From positions 142,108 through 206,107 of the forward strand of contig LCLP01000001.1 of assembly GCA_001002135.1 (NCBI GenBank): 64,000 nt of DNA, read 5' to 3'. Under the pieces are notes generated by a model that worked only from the letters and a program-made list of their open reading frames with translations, had not been told where the DNA came from and made no database searches. This stretch comes from Candidatus Pacebacteria bacterium GW2011_GWA1_46_10 (lineage in GTDB: Bacteria; Patescibacteriota; Microgenomatia; UBA1400; PJMF01). Below, one piece after another: positions 9,449 through 18,675 of this stretch. Each line of letters begins with the position of its first letter. Position 1 is the first letter of the stretch. The position numbers were made by a program, and so were the translations under genes.

Positions 9449-10102
9449 ATGATGGTTCAACAAACCAAAACGGTGGGCGAGCTTTTAAAGCTGGAACGAG
9501 AGGAACGCGGCTTTTCTCGCACGCAGTTATCACACGCCATCCGAGTGAGAGAACAATTTTTGGTTGCCCTAGAAGAAAATCGTTTTCAAGATCTACCGGC
9601 GGCAGTGTTTGTCAAAGGGTATGTTAAGGCGTATGCACGGGTGTTGGGTTTTGATGCCGAGCCGATGCTGGCGCTACTGCGGCGCGATTTCCAGGAAAGT
9701 GCTAAGGGTAAGTTAGTAGCTCAGGAATTTTTGAAGCCGGCTTTTCGTAAAATGCCCACTTTATCACCTATTCGCTTAGCTACCAGTGGGGTGGGCGGCA
9801 TTTTTTTGGTGCTATTTTTATACATCGGTATTCGCTGGTTCAGTTTTATTTCCCCGCCCAAGATTGAGCTTTACGAGCCCGTGGAAGATTCAATCGTTTC
9901 CCCGCAAGTGGGAGTGCGCGGGATGACCGAACTAGAAACAGTGGTGATGGTCAACGCTCAGGCTGTACCAGTGGCAGCTGACGGCAGTTTTGAGGCGCAG
10001 ATTACCCTGCCGAATGAAGGTATTGCTACCATTACGGTGGAGGCCAAGGATAAACAGGGAAAAACTTCGACCGTGCAACGAACAGTGTTTGTCAGGTTTT
10101 AA
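9449..10102 (+). CDS. RodZ-like helix-turn-helix membrane protein
   Basis: N-terminal XRE-type HTH (TVGELLKLEREERGFSRTQLSHAIRV), a single TM segment and a C-terminal beta-rich domain. Confidence 0.55.
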   Translation: MMVQQTKTVGELLKLEREERGFSRTQLSHAIRVREQFLVALEENRFQDLPAAVFVKGYVKAYARVLGFDAEPMLALLRRDFQESAKGKLVAQEFLKPAFRKMPTLSPIRLATSGVGGIFLVLFLYIGIRWFSFISPPKIELYEPVEDSIVSPQVGVRGMTELETVVMVNAQAVPVAADGSFEAQITLPNEGIATITVEAKDKQGKTSTVQRTVFVRF

Positions 10103-10108
10103 GTTCAT

Positions 10109-10159
10109 AGTGAATAGTTTATAGTTAATTAGGATAAGAATCTCTATAAACTATTAACT
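10109..10159 (+). repeat. Inverted pair of the CTATAAACTATT[C/A]ACT motif between the RodZ-like gene and the DUF948 gene
   Basis: 10109-10124 is the reverse complement of the 44292-44307 copy, and 10144-10159 is identical to the 44306-44321 copy. The arms could form a 15-bp stem with one mismatch. Confidence 0.6.
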
Positions 10160-10174
10160 GACAAAGGAGGAAGT

Positions 10175-10456
10175 ATGGAACAGCTTTTACCGATAGTCTT
10201 AGTCATCGTGGCGGTTATTCTCACTATTATTTTGTCGGTCGTTGGCGTCCAGATTATTTTGGTGCTCACTGAAGTGAAGCGTACGCTACAAAAAATCAAC
10301 ACTACCTTGGATGAAGCCCAGGCTAAAATTAACACCATTGTGGCTCCACTGCAAAACTTAGGGGGGTTGGCGACCGGTATTCAGACCGGCATTAAGGTGT
10401 TTGAGTCTTTCACCGGCTGGCTGACAAGCAGAAAAGATGGCAGTAAAAGAAAGTAA
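10175..10456 (+). CDS. DUF948/YtxG-like membrane protein
   Basis: N-terminal TM helix followed by a coiled coil. RBS GGAGGAAG before the ATG. Confidence 0.5.
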   Translation: MEQLLPIVLVIVAVILTIILSVVGVQIILVLTEVKRTLQKINTTLDEAQAKINTIVAPLQNLGGLATGIQTGIKVFESFTGWLTSRKDGSKRK

Positions 10457-10745
10457 TTTTCAGGGGCCCTTTTTATTGGGCTTTGTGGCCGGGATGACCG
10501 CTGGCGCGGCCGCGGTTTATTTTTTGGCGACCGACCGAGGGAAAGATTTTGTCGATGACATGAACGAACTGTGGGAAGAGGCCCGGCCGGAACTGGTAAA
10601 ACAAGGTGTGATTCAGGATACAGAGGCTTCTTTGGGTGAATCGGTCAAAACACTCTTGATCCAAGCGTTTGCGCAGAAAGCCCATGAACTGACTGCCACC
10701 AAAAAACGCATTCGCAAACCCAATACACAGTTTCGAGGAGTATGA
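10437..10745 (+). CDS. YtxH-like protein
   Basis: Gly/Ala-rich amphipathic N-terminus GFVAGMTAGAAAVYFLA, typical of the YtxH family. Confidence 0.5.
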   Translation: MAVKESNFQGPFLLGFVAGMTAGAAAVYFLATDRGKDFVDDMNELWEEARPELVKQGVIQDTEASLGESVKTLLIQAFAQKAHELTATKKRIRKPNTQFRGV

Positions 10746-10768
10746 CTTGCCCTGTATAATCGGGAATT

Positions 10769-12649
10769 ATGCTTGATTCGACGTTGCTGCGCCAAAAATA
10801 TCTTGATTTTTTTGCTGATCGCGGTCACGCCATTGTGCCTTCCTCGCCGCTGGTACCGGAAAATGATCCCACTACGCTTTTTACCGGTTCCGGTATGCAG
10901 CCGATGCTGCCGTATTTACTGGGGGCCAAACATCCACAAGGCACCCGAATTGCTGACTCGCAAAAATGTTTTCGTTCCCAAGACATTGAGGAAGTGGGCG
11001 ACAATCGTCACACTACTTTTTTCGAGATGCTGGGCAATTGGTCACTGGGAGATTATTTCAAACAGGAACAGTTGGAGTGGTATTTCACTTTTTTGATTGA
11101 CGAACTTGGACTTGACCCTGCGCGGTTGTATGTTTCTGTCTATGGGGGTGATGAAAAATTGGGTATTCCCCGTGATGATGAAACGGCCGGAATTTGGCAG
11201 CAGCTTTTCAAACAGAAAAATATTGAGACCAAAATTGTCGACCAACCCCGCACTCAGGGGCTGCAGGACGGCAGAATTTTCTTTTATGAGGGTGGGGCTA
11301 ATTGGTGGTCGCGCGCCGGTGAGCCGGCTCAGATGCCGGTAGGCGAACCAGGCGGTCCGGACAACGAAGTGTTTTGGGATTTTGGGGCTGATAAACAGTT
11401 TCATGAACACTCGGCATGGAAAGATCAGCCGTGTCACATCAACTGCAGCTGCGGCCGATTTTTGGAAATTGGTAATTCAGTGTTTATGCAATACCTTAAG
11501 ACTGACAAAGGCTTTGAGCCACTGCCGCAAAAAAATATTGATTTTGGTGGCGGGTTGGAACGAATGTTGGCCGCAGTGCACGACGAGCCGGACGTGTTTA
11601 AAATTGATCTTTTTGTGCCGATCATTGACTACATTGAGAAAGTAGCTGGTCAAAAATATACCAGTGCCAATAGTGCTTCATTTCGGGTCATTGCCGATCA
11701 TCTGCGCGCGGCGGTAATGCTGATTGCCGACGGAGTACAGCCATCAAATAAAGACCAAGGGTACTTTGTCCGTCGTCTGATTCGCCGAGCAGTCAGGTAC
11801 GGCAAGCAGTTGGGAATTACTCAGCCGTTCTTGGGTAAAATCGCTGAAATAGTCGGCAAAACCTATCGTGAGGCGTATCCAGCGGTGATGCGAAACGTGC
11901 TATCGGTCACTCAAGCCATTGAAGGGGAAGAAAATAAATTTTTGCGCACGTTGGAAAAAGGTTTGCAGGAATTTGTTAAACAAACAGCCGGTTCTGCAAA
12001 ACTCACCGCTCAGTTGGCCTTCACGTTGTACGAAACGTATGGTTTTCCGTTGGAGCTTTCGATCGAAGAAGCACAACACAAAAATCTGACCGTTTCTGGA
12101 AATATTCACCAAGAATTTCAAAAAATGAAAAACCAGCACGCTGATCGTTCTCGCACCGCTTCAGTTGGCAAATTCAAAGGGGGATTGGCCGATACTTCGG
12201 AAGCCGTAGTGAAGTACCACACGGCCACTCATTTACTACACGCGGCACTGCGCCAGGTGCTTGGTACGCACGTGGAACAGCAAGGCTCCAACATCACCGG
12301 TGAGCGGTTGCGCTTTGATTTCACTCATCCGCAGGTATTGACCGACCGTGAAAAACAAGCAGTAGAAAAGCAGATTAACGATTGGGTAGCGGCTGATTTG
12401 CCAGTCACTCAACAAACAATGCGCAAAGACGCGGCGCTCAAAGCTGGTGCGTTAGCCTTTTTTGCCGAAAAATATCCTGATCAAGTCAGTGTTTATACTA
12501 TTGGTTATGATCCAGAAAAAGACTGGATTTCCAAAGAGTTGTGTGGCGGACCCCATGTGACCAATACTGGTGAAGTTGGTCAGATCAAGATAACCAAGGA
12601 GAAGGCGGTCGCTGCTGGAGTGAGAAGGCTTTACCTGGAATTGGTTTAA
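10769..12649 (+). CDS. alaS: Alanine--tRNA ligase (short form lacking C-Ala domain)
   Basis: AlaRS catalytic core (FTGSGMQP, class II motifs) and editing-domain HxxxH (TATHLLHAAL) are present. At 626 aa it is about 250 aa shorter than canonical AlaRS. Confidence 0.85.
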   Translation: MLDSTLLRQKYLDFFADRGHAIVPSSPLVPENDPTTLFTGSGMQPMLPYLLGAKHPQGTRIADSQKCFRSQDIEEVGDNRHTTFFEMLGNWSLGDYFKQEQLEWYFTFLIDELGLDPARLYVSVYGGDEKLGIPRDDETAGIWQQLFKQKNIETKIVDQPRTQGLQDGRIFFYEGGANWWSRAGEPAQMPVGEPGGPDNEVFWDFGADKQFHEHSAWKDQPCHINCSCGRFLEIGNSVFMQYLKTDKGFEPLPQKNIDFGGGLERMLAAVHDEPDVFKIDLFVPIIDYIEKVAGQKYTSANSASFRVIADHLRAAVMLIADGVQPSNKDQGYFVRRLIRRAVRYGKQLGITQPFLGKIAEIVGKTYREAYPAVMRNVLSVTQAIEGEENKFLRTLEKGLQEFVKQTAGSAKLTAQLAFTLYETYGFPLELSIEEAQHKNLTVSGNIHQEFQKMKNQHADRSRTASVGKFKGGLADTSEAVVKYHTATHLLHAALRQVLGTHVEQQGSNITGERLRFDFTHPQVLTDREKQAVEKQINDWVAADLPVTQQTMRKDAALKAGALAFFAEKYPDQVSVYTIGYDPEKDWISKELCGGPHVTNTGEVGQIKITKEKAVAAGVRRLYLELV

Positions 12650-12737
12650 TTCCAGTCCTCTTTCATTTCGGTCTCAATTTTGCTTAAATAAACCAACCAG
12701 CACCAGTACACACTGGTTTGTTTGGTTTAAAAAAACT

Positions 12738-14978
12738 ATGCCACTCATCAAACTACCAAAGTTTCCGCTCAAGTCTTCTCAAAAAGGGAAGGGAGGCGAT
12801 CAGGCGCCATTACACACTTTTTTGTGTTTGATGTTTGTTAACCACTCGGTTCAGGCAGCACTCTGGAAAGTGGAGGGGGAGAAGGTGCGCACCCTTTCCA
12901 ATTCCAGCCTGAAAACCTTTGAAAATGATGAAGATGGTTTAATTCAGGCTGATCAAGCCCTCCAGGAGCTGGGATCGGATTCGGAAAACATCGGCGAGGT
13001 GGTTTTTGGTTTTGATCCACTCTGGGTTGATGATGCTGGCCTGATGAGCCAGAAAAAACCCTTCATCAAGGCAGTGGCTGAAAACCTTGGCTTGAATCCG
13101 GTTGGCTTTGTGGTGATTCCAGATGCTCTCGTTCAGCAAATCGTGGCCCAAGACAGTCTGGCCTCTCAGGTCTTGGTGTATCTCCAAGACGATACGGTTT
13201 TCATTTACCTCCTCAAGCAGGGTAAGTTAGTTCACCAACTGTCGGTTGGTCGCTCGGGCGACATTGTGCAAGATGTCGTTGAGGGTCTCGCCCGCTTTGC
13301 TGGTGAACTCAAAGGGAAAGACACTTACCTGCCCGCCAAGTTGATGCTGGCCTCTGTGACGCTGACCGCGCCAGAGATGGATGACGCTCAACAACAGATC
13401 AGCAACTACAACTGGTCGGAAAATCATCCTTTTGTCCAGGCACCGGTAGTAGAAAGCATGGCCGCCTTGGATGTATTGTATGCAGTGGTAGAACAAGGGG
13501 GTGCCGCCGTCGCCCAGTCCAAAGGACTGCAAGGAAAACACGTCATGCCGGAAACGAGTATCAATCAAACTGAAAATGAAGATTTTGGCTTTGAGAGTGT
13601 TGATGCGCCGGTTGAGCAAGGTGATAACTTTACTACTCCAGCGGAAGGGGGCCAAGTGACCAGTTTTGGTGTTCCCATTTCCCGGAGTGATTTACCGGCT
13701 GTATCGGAAAAACCGATTGAGCGGGGGGAGAAGTCACGTGCGGCTGGCCGACGCCTAAAAATGCCTGTCTTTTTAAAGAAACTCTATCGTTGGTACGACC
13801 ATCATCCCCACAAAAAAACTATTTTGGGTGGATTTATCGGTGGCGTTTTAGCCTTACTCTTGATGCTTATTGGCTGGGTGGTGATGTCCTATCAAGTGGC
13901 AGTTTCACTTCAATTGACCGAAAAAGTAATTGCCAAAGATGTGGAAATTACGATTGATCCCACTCTTGCCAGTTCCAATGTGGCTCGCCAAATTCTCAAG
14001 GGGGAATTAGAAACAATGGAGGTGACTGGTCGAGAAACGGCTGCCACTACCGGAGTTAAACTGGTTGGCGAGCAGGCTAAAGGGACCGTGACTCTTTTTA
14101 ATAAAACTACGGCCGTCAAAACATTCACGGAAGGAACCAGGCTAAGTGCTGGTACCTTGGCTTTTACCCTGGACACCGAGGTGACAGTGGCCTCGGCCTC
14201 AGTCGAAGAAAATGAGGGCGGCACTGGTGAAACTAAAAATTACGGTCAGACTGACGTGGCGGTGACGGCCAGTGCGATTGGGGCTGAGAGCAATCTTGGT
14301 AAGGGGACTGAATTAATCATTGCTAGTTTTGATATCGGTACCTATTCTGCCACGGCCAAAGACGCTTTTAGTGGTGGTTCAAGTCGAGAAGTAAGAGTAA
14401 TTTCGCAAGAAGATCAAGATAACGTCTTAGGAACCTTGACCAATAAACTCAAAGATGAAGCTCAACAAAAGTTTAATGACCAGTCGGGTAATGGGATATA
14501 TTACGCGCTGACCTCCCGGATAGCAGCCATCGAGGAAAATTATGATGGTGAAGTGGGTGATGAAGCCGATCAAGTGACGCTGGATTTAACCCTCGAGGCC
14601 TCGGCAGTCAAATATCAATCGTCAGATCTCAGGCCGCTTTTAGAAGAGGCGTTGAAAGACGATATTCCAGAGGGTTACCGGTTGATTGATGAAGAGCCGG
14701 AGTTTTTGTCAGATACCCGCCAGGAAGCGACTGCCAGCACTCGGGTGGTTTTGGATGCCAATGTGATTGCCAAGGCGCGCCCACCATTCAATCAGGAAGA
14801 AGTGATTCAGACTATCCTCGGTCTCCCACTCCGTGAACTCCCAGGCAAACTGGCTGAGCGCGGTGAAATAGAGAGTGCGCAGTACGTGCTTAAGCCAGCT
14901 ATCGCTCGACTGTTTGTCAGGAGAGTACCCAAAGACGCTCAGCGGGTACAACTGGAAATCAGCAACCAAACTCGGTAA
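12738..14978 (+). CDS. Membrane protein with FtsA/PilM-like N-terminal domain and large extracytoplasmic C-terminal domain
   Basis: 746 aa. Residues ~35-330 resemble an actin-like FtsA/PilM ATPase fold. One TM helix (GGFIGGVLALLLMLIGWVVMSY) is followed by ~370 aa of Thr/Gly-rich beta-type sequence. Confidence 0.5.
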   Translation: MPLIKLPKFPLKSSQKGKGGDQAPLHTFLCLMFVNHSVQAALWKVEGEKVRTLSNSSLKTFENDEDGLIQADQALQELGSDSENIGEVVFGFDPLWVDDAGLMSQKKPFIKAVAENLGLNPVGFVVIPDALVQQIVAQDSLASQVLVYLQDDTVFIYLLKQGKLVHQLSVGRSGDIVQDVVEGLARFAGELKGKDTYLPAKLMLASVTLTAPEMDDAQQQISNYNWSENHPFVQAPVVESMAALDVLYAVVEQGGAAVAQSKGLQGKHVMPETSINQTENEDFGFESVDAPVEQGDNFTTPAEGGQVTSFGVPISRSDLPAVSEKPIERGEKSRAAGRRLKMPVFLKKLYRWYDHHPHKKTILGGFIGGVLALLLMLIGWVVMSYQVAVSLQLTEKVIAKDVEITIDPTLASSNVARQILKGELETMEVTGRETAATTGVKLVGEQAKGTVTLFNKTTAVKTFTEGTRLSAGTLAFTLDTEVTVASASVEENEGGTGETKNYGQTDVAVTASAIGAESNLGKGTELIIASFDIGTYSATAKDAFSGGSSREVRVISQEDQDNVLGTLTNKLKDEAQQKFNDQSGNGIYYALTSRIAAIEENYDGEVGDEADQVTLDLTLEASAVKYQSSDLRPLLEEALKDDIPEGYRLIDEEPEFLSDTRQEATASTRVVLDANVIAKARPPFNQEEVIQTILGLPLRELPGKLAERGEIESAQYVLKPAIARLFVRRVPKDAQRVQLEISNQTR

Positions 14979-14982
14979 AAAC

Positions 14983-15939
14983 ATGCCCAAAACAAGGCCT
15001 TCCCACCAACAGCGGCAGGAGCTGGTCCGGCTTTATCGCCAGGCGCTAATAGAGGGCGTTTCGCTGAATAAAATTGAGGAAAAGGTCGATAAGCTTGCCG
15101 AGCGCTTTACGGTGGCTGACCGGCAGGAAATCTCAGAAGTTCGTGACAAAGAGAAACATTTTCGTCGCGCTATTCCCAGGGCTATTCGCTTGGGAGCGGC
15201 CGTTTTGCCAACCGTATTACTGCTCTTGGGGATTGGGTTAGTAGGCAGTGCTACTTGGCCGATCGTGGTTTACTATGTGGGAGATTTCACGGCCAACGCG
15301 GTGGAACTGAAAACGCCAATTCCACCAGAACAAGTGTTGGAAACTTCTTCATTGGCTTTAGCCAGCGCCAGCGATGGGGAAGAGGTAGAGTTTGGAGTGC
15401 CGGTCGAAGACGAAGCTGGTCCGATCATTCTGAATACGGCTTTGGACTATACGGATCTTTCTAACTGGTTTACTGGTGATCAAGCAGTTGGGTTGAGTGA
15501 GCAGCAAGAGTCTATTTCCTACAAGATCGAGATTCCTAAAATTAATATTTATGATGCCCAGGTCCTGGTCGGTGGCACTGACCTGAGTCGCAGCCTGATT
15601 GCCTATCCAGGGACGGCTCTCCCTGGTCAGCCTGGCTCGCCGGTGATTTTTGGTCACTCGATTTTGCGGCAGTTTTACAACCCCAGTGTCAATAACCCAC
15701 GCCGCTATACTTCGATTTTTAGTTACATCATGACGCTGGAAAAGGGAGACAAGATTTATGTCACTCAGGACAATGTGCGCTACACCTATGTGGTGACCAG
15801 TAAGACGGAAGTGAAACCGACTGATACCTACATTTTGTCCCAGAATTACGATATCCGTCAGCTGAAACTGGTCACCTGTGTGCCGGAGGGTACTTATCTT
15901 CTCCGAGGGGTAGTGACCGCTCAACTGGTGAGGGAATGA
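14983..15939 (+). CDS. Sortase family transpeptidase
   Basis: Catalytic His (VIFGHS), Cys (KLVTCVP) and Arg are present. N-terminal cytoplasmic region plus one TM. Start moved to the ATG at 14983, just after the previous stop. Confidence 0.8.
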   Translation: MPKTRPSHQQRQELVRLYRQALIEGVSLNKIEEKVDKLAERFTVADRQEISEVRDKEKHFRRAIPRAIRLGAAVLPTVLLLLGIGLVGSATWPIVVYYVGDFTANAVELKTPIPPEQVLETSSLALASASDGEEVEFGVPVEDEAGPIILNTALDYTDLSNWFTGDQAVGLSEQQESISYKIEIPKINIYDAQVLVGGTDLSRSLIAYPGTALPGQPGSPVIFGHSILRQFYNPSVNNPRRYTSIFSYIMTLEKGDKIYVTQDNVRYTYVVTSKTEVKPTDTYILSQNYDIRQLKLVTCVPEGTYLLRGVVTAQLVRE

Positions 15940-16316
15940 TGATGAAGGTCTTGGCGATTGACTACGGGACGAGACGGGTGGGCTTGGCTGTTTCCCACGG
16001 CAGTTTGGCCCAGCCCTTAGCAGTAGTAGAGAATGACGAACATTTATTTGACCAACTGCGATCAATTATTAATCATGAAAAAATTGAGCGGGTGGTGATC
16101 GGTCTATCTGAAAACGAGATGGCTGACTTAACGCGTGAGTTTGCCCAAGAGTTAGAAGGAGTAGTTAGCGTCCCGATCGAGTTTATCGATGAGACATTAA
16201 GCTCTAAAGCGGTTGAACAAAAGTTAAAAGAGCGGGGGATGAAAAATATTTCCCAGCAACCGATTGACCACTACGCCGCGGCTTTAATCTTGGAGGAGTG
16301 GTTAGCACAACAGTGA
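15936..16316 (+). CDS. ruvX: Holliday junction resolvase-like RuvX/YqgF
   Basis: N-terminal motif KVLAIDYGTRRVGLAVS is characteristic of YqgF. Confidence 0.8.
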   Translation: MMMKVLAIDYGTRRVGLAVSHGSLAQPLAVVENDEHLFDQLRSIINHEKIERVVIGLSENEMADLTREFAQELEGVVSVPIEFIDETLSSKAVEQKLKERGMKNISQQPIDHYAAALILEEWLAQQ

Positions 16317-16332
16317 GCGTCGCACTAAAAAA

Positions 16333-16803
16333 TTACCAGTGATTTCTTATTGCAGCCATAAGCTCTGTAAGTTGCTTCGGCAGTTTATCGCCGAGTAAGT
16401 CGGTAACCTCCTCAAGTCTATTTAAAAGGTTAGTATTTACCTCAGTTTGTTGGTTAGAGAATCGGACATCTTCTGACTTAAGTAAGTATTGCGCCGCTAA
16501 TTCTGGTTCACCAACTTCATTGAGAGCTTCAGCCATAACGTTCAAGACAAGTGGGTGTATTGAATTTTTCTCTGAACGTAAGCCCCGCGAGCCAAGTACC
16601 AAGATTTCTTCTAGGCTGGTTGCCCGTTTTAATTCCTGAAATAGACCCTGTTCAGTTTTCCGTTCTGCTCCAGTCTGTGTTGCTGGCTGTTGAACAGCCC
16701 CCTCTTGATCACTCGACATTTCTGGTTGAGTTGGAGTGCCTGATTCTGCTGAAGGTTGAGTAAAATCTTCGTTCATGGATCCTTTCATGCTTACGCTGTT
16801 CAT
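16333..16803 (-). CDS. Hypothetical acidic protein
   Basis: 156-aa ORF with no recognised motifs. Confidence 0.4.
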   Translation of the reverse strand: MNSVSMKGSMNEDFTQPSAESGTPTQPEMSSDQEGAVQQPATQTGAERKTEQGLFQELKRATSLEEILVLGSRGLRSEKNSIHPLVLNVMAEALNEVGEPELAAQYLLKSEDVRFSNQQTEVNTNLLNRLEEVTDLLGDKLPKQLTELMAAIRNHW

Positions 16804-16888
16804 TTCAGTCTAGCAAGTTTTCGTGCTGTGAAGCTAGTGGAGTTTTTCCGACCTTTATTACCCCTTTTATGATACACTGATTCACTCA

Positions 16889-17872
16889 ATGAAAAACTCC
16901 AAAAAACAATGGTGGATCATTGTTCCTCTTGTGTTACTCACCCTATTTGTGATGAGCGGTACGCTCTTCCTAGCGCTTTCCCGGCCGGTTGATCCGCAAA
17001 CGCAGGAAAAAGAGCGTTTTGTCATTCCCAAAGGTCAAGCAGTGAGCGTCATCGGCAGTCGCCTCCAAACGGCTGGTTTAATTAAAAACTCACTGGTGTT
17101 CCAAGTAATTGTCAAAAAGGAAAATCTGGATAATAAGATCCAGGCGGGTAGTTTTGATCTTTCGCCAAATATGAGCACGGCCGAAATTGCCTTTGAACTG
17201 ACCCAAGGCACGAATGATATCTGGGTAACTATTCCAGAGGGGTGGCGCCGAGAAGAAATTGCCCAGAGTTTGGCGGAACAAGAGCTGGAAGTCTTTTCGG
17301 CCGATGAGTTTTTGAGTTTAACCGCAGGTGATGAGGGACGATTATTTCCCGACACATACCTGATTCCACGCCAGGCCTCGGCTGAGCAGATTGGCCTACT
17401 TTTGGGTCAGACTTTTGAGCGGAAAGTAGTGAAAGGTTTGGCGGACGAAATCGTCAGTTCTGATTATAGTTTTGATGAGGCGCTGGTGATGGCTTCGATT
17501 GTGGAGCGGGAGGCGCGTGGCGAAGAGGAGTTACCGGTAGTCGCTGGGATCCTCTGGAATAGAGTAGAGCTGGGGATGCCGCTCCAGGCTGACGCCACTT
17601 TGCAATACATCAAAGGCTACAGTGGAGTGGAAGATTCTTGGTGGGTGCCGCCGACGGCCGCGGACAAGACTCTCAACTCGATCTATAACACCTATCGATA
17701 TCCTGGGTTGCCGCCTCAGCCGATTGCTAATCCTGGTCTGATGGCGATTGAGGCCGCCCTTCATCCTGCTGTCACCGACTATCTCTACTATCTCCATGAT
17801 CGGACCGGTGAAATCCACTACGCCCGGACACTGGAAGAACATAACAAGAACGTAGCGACCTATCTGCAGTAG
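16889..17872 (+). CDS. mltG: Endolytic murein transglycosylase MltG (YceG family)
   Basis: N-terminal TM followed by a YceG-like domain over its full length. Confidence 0.75.
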   Translation: MKNSKKQWWIIVPLVLLTLFVMSGTLFLALSRPVDPQTQEKERFVIPKGQAVSVIGSRLQTAGLIKNSLVFQVIVKKENLDNKIQAGSFDLSPNMSTAEIAFELTQGTNDIWVTIPEGWRREEIAQSLAEQELEVFSADEFLSLTAGDEGRLFPDTYLIPRQASAEQIGLLLGQTFERKVVKGLADEIVSSDYSFDEALVMASIVEREARGEEELPVVAGILWNRVELGMPLQADATLQYIKGYSGVEDSWWVPPTAADKTLNSIYNTYRYPGLPPQPIANPGLMAIEAALHPAVTDYLYYLHDRTGEIHYARTLEEHNKNVATYLQ

Positions 17873-17946
17873 TAAAGTCTTGCTGCTCGCAATTTACTTG
17901 AATTTTGTTGGGTTTATTGTCAGCTTGAGTGCTCACACTGGTGATA

Positions 17947-17963
17947 ACGGAAGTTCCTGACGA
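17947..17963 (+). repeat. 17-nt direct repeat copy 1 (ACGGAAGTTCCTGACGA)
   Basis: Identical 17-mer recurs at 18318-18334. Both copies lie in the ~800-bp noncoding region upstream of rpoB. Confidence 0.6.
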
Positions 17964-18313
17964 AAAGTTTAAAAAGCTAATACTCGCTTGGCAGGGGATA
18001 GATTTGTTGACACTTTTGGCAAGTCAGTGTGTTAAATGGGGTGGGTTTAAGTTTTCCAAGACATTTGGCACACCGGCCCAAAGAGAGCCAGACCATTCCC
18101 CAGAGAAAAGTCAGTAGTTTCAGCTGTACCACCTTCTTGGGCATTTGGGACAATCGATTTTTCCTCTTTTCCAGAAAACGAGCGGGGTATGACAGTAAGG
18201 GCACCTGCCCAACAGAAACCAAAAGAACTTTTTGATTTTGTTCATATAGTTTCGGGGAGAATAAAAATCTCCCCGCCAGAGTGGGGTTTCCCCCTACACC
18301 CCTTTCGGGATGC

Positions 18314-18356
18314 AACTACGGAAGTTCCTGACGAGGAGATGTTATCTTCCGTAGTT
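18314..18356 (+). repeat. 17-nt direct repeat copy 2 embedded in 11-bp perfect hairpin (AACTACGGAAG...CTTCCGTAGTT)
   Basis: Repeat at 18318-18334. Stem arms at 18314-18324 and 18346-18356 enclose a 21-nt loop. Confidence 0.6.
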
Positions 18357-18480
18357 TTCGCGCCATGCCCCGAGGGGTTTAGGCGTTTATAGCCCAAGTA
18401 TACCACTATTAGTGGACTTTCGAGCTGACGAACACGAGTGCCAAGTTTTACTGGAAAGATGTGAATACCAACTGTAGTAC

Positions 18481-18509
18481 TTGCAGGTGTTAGATCGGTA
18501 TGTTACAAT
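18481..18509 (+). promoter_or_regulatory. Candidate rpoB promoter with extended -10 (TTGCAG-17-TGT-TACAAT)
   Basis: -35 at 18481-18486, TGn at 18501-18503 and -10 TACAAT at 18504-18509. The 11-mer TATGTTACAAT recurs upstream of rpsL and inside the 3' end of fusA. Confidence 0.45.
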
Positions 18510-18675
18510 CCCCTGTTATTGTAAACGAGCGCGCACATCTGATTGCATAATGAGCCAAGTCGATCACACAAGATAACCTAAATAACCAAAGAGACCACTT
18601 TAGGGTGCGTCTCTTTTTGTCTGTTGTGGCTGGGGGGCGCGTCAGAGTAAGAAATCAACCGGGAAGGCATTTTCA

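Noticed and set aside
12689-12735. Imperfect hairpin AAACCAACCAG...CTGGTTTGTTTGGTTT after alaS, considered as a terminator.
   Set aside because: It is followed by an A-run rather than a U-run on the + strand, and the stem contains a mismatch. Not a convincing intrinsic terminator in either orientation.
17947-18334. Considered that the 17-nt repeat ACGGAAGTTCCTGACGA and its surroundings are SRP RNA (domain IV GUCAGG...GGAAG-like) or RNase P RNA (P4 GGAAAGUCCGG / ACAGAAACC-like fragments).
   Set aside because: Only short partial resemblances could be found by eye. No convincing GNRA-tetraloop/symmetric-loop arrangement for SRP, and no CR-I to CR-V set for RNase P. Left as unassigned structured region.
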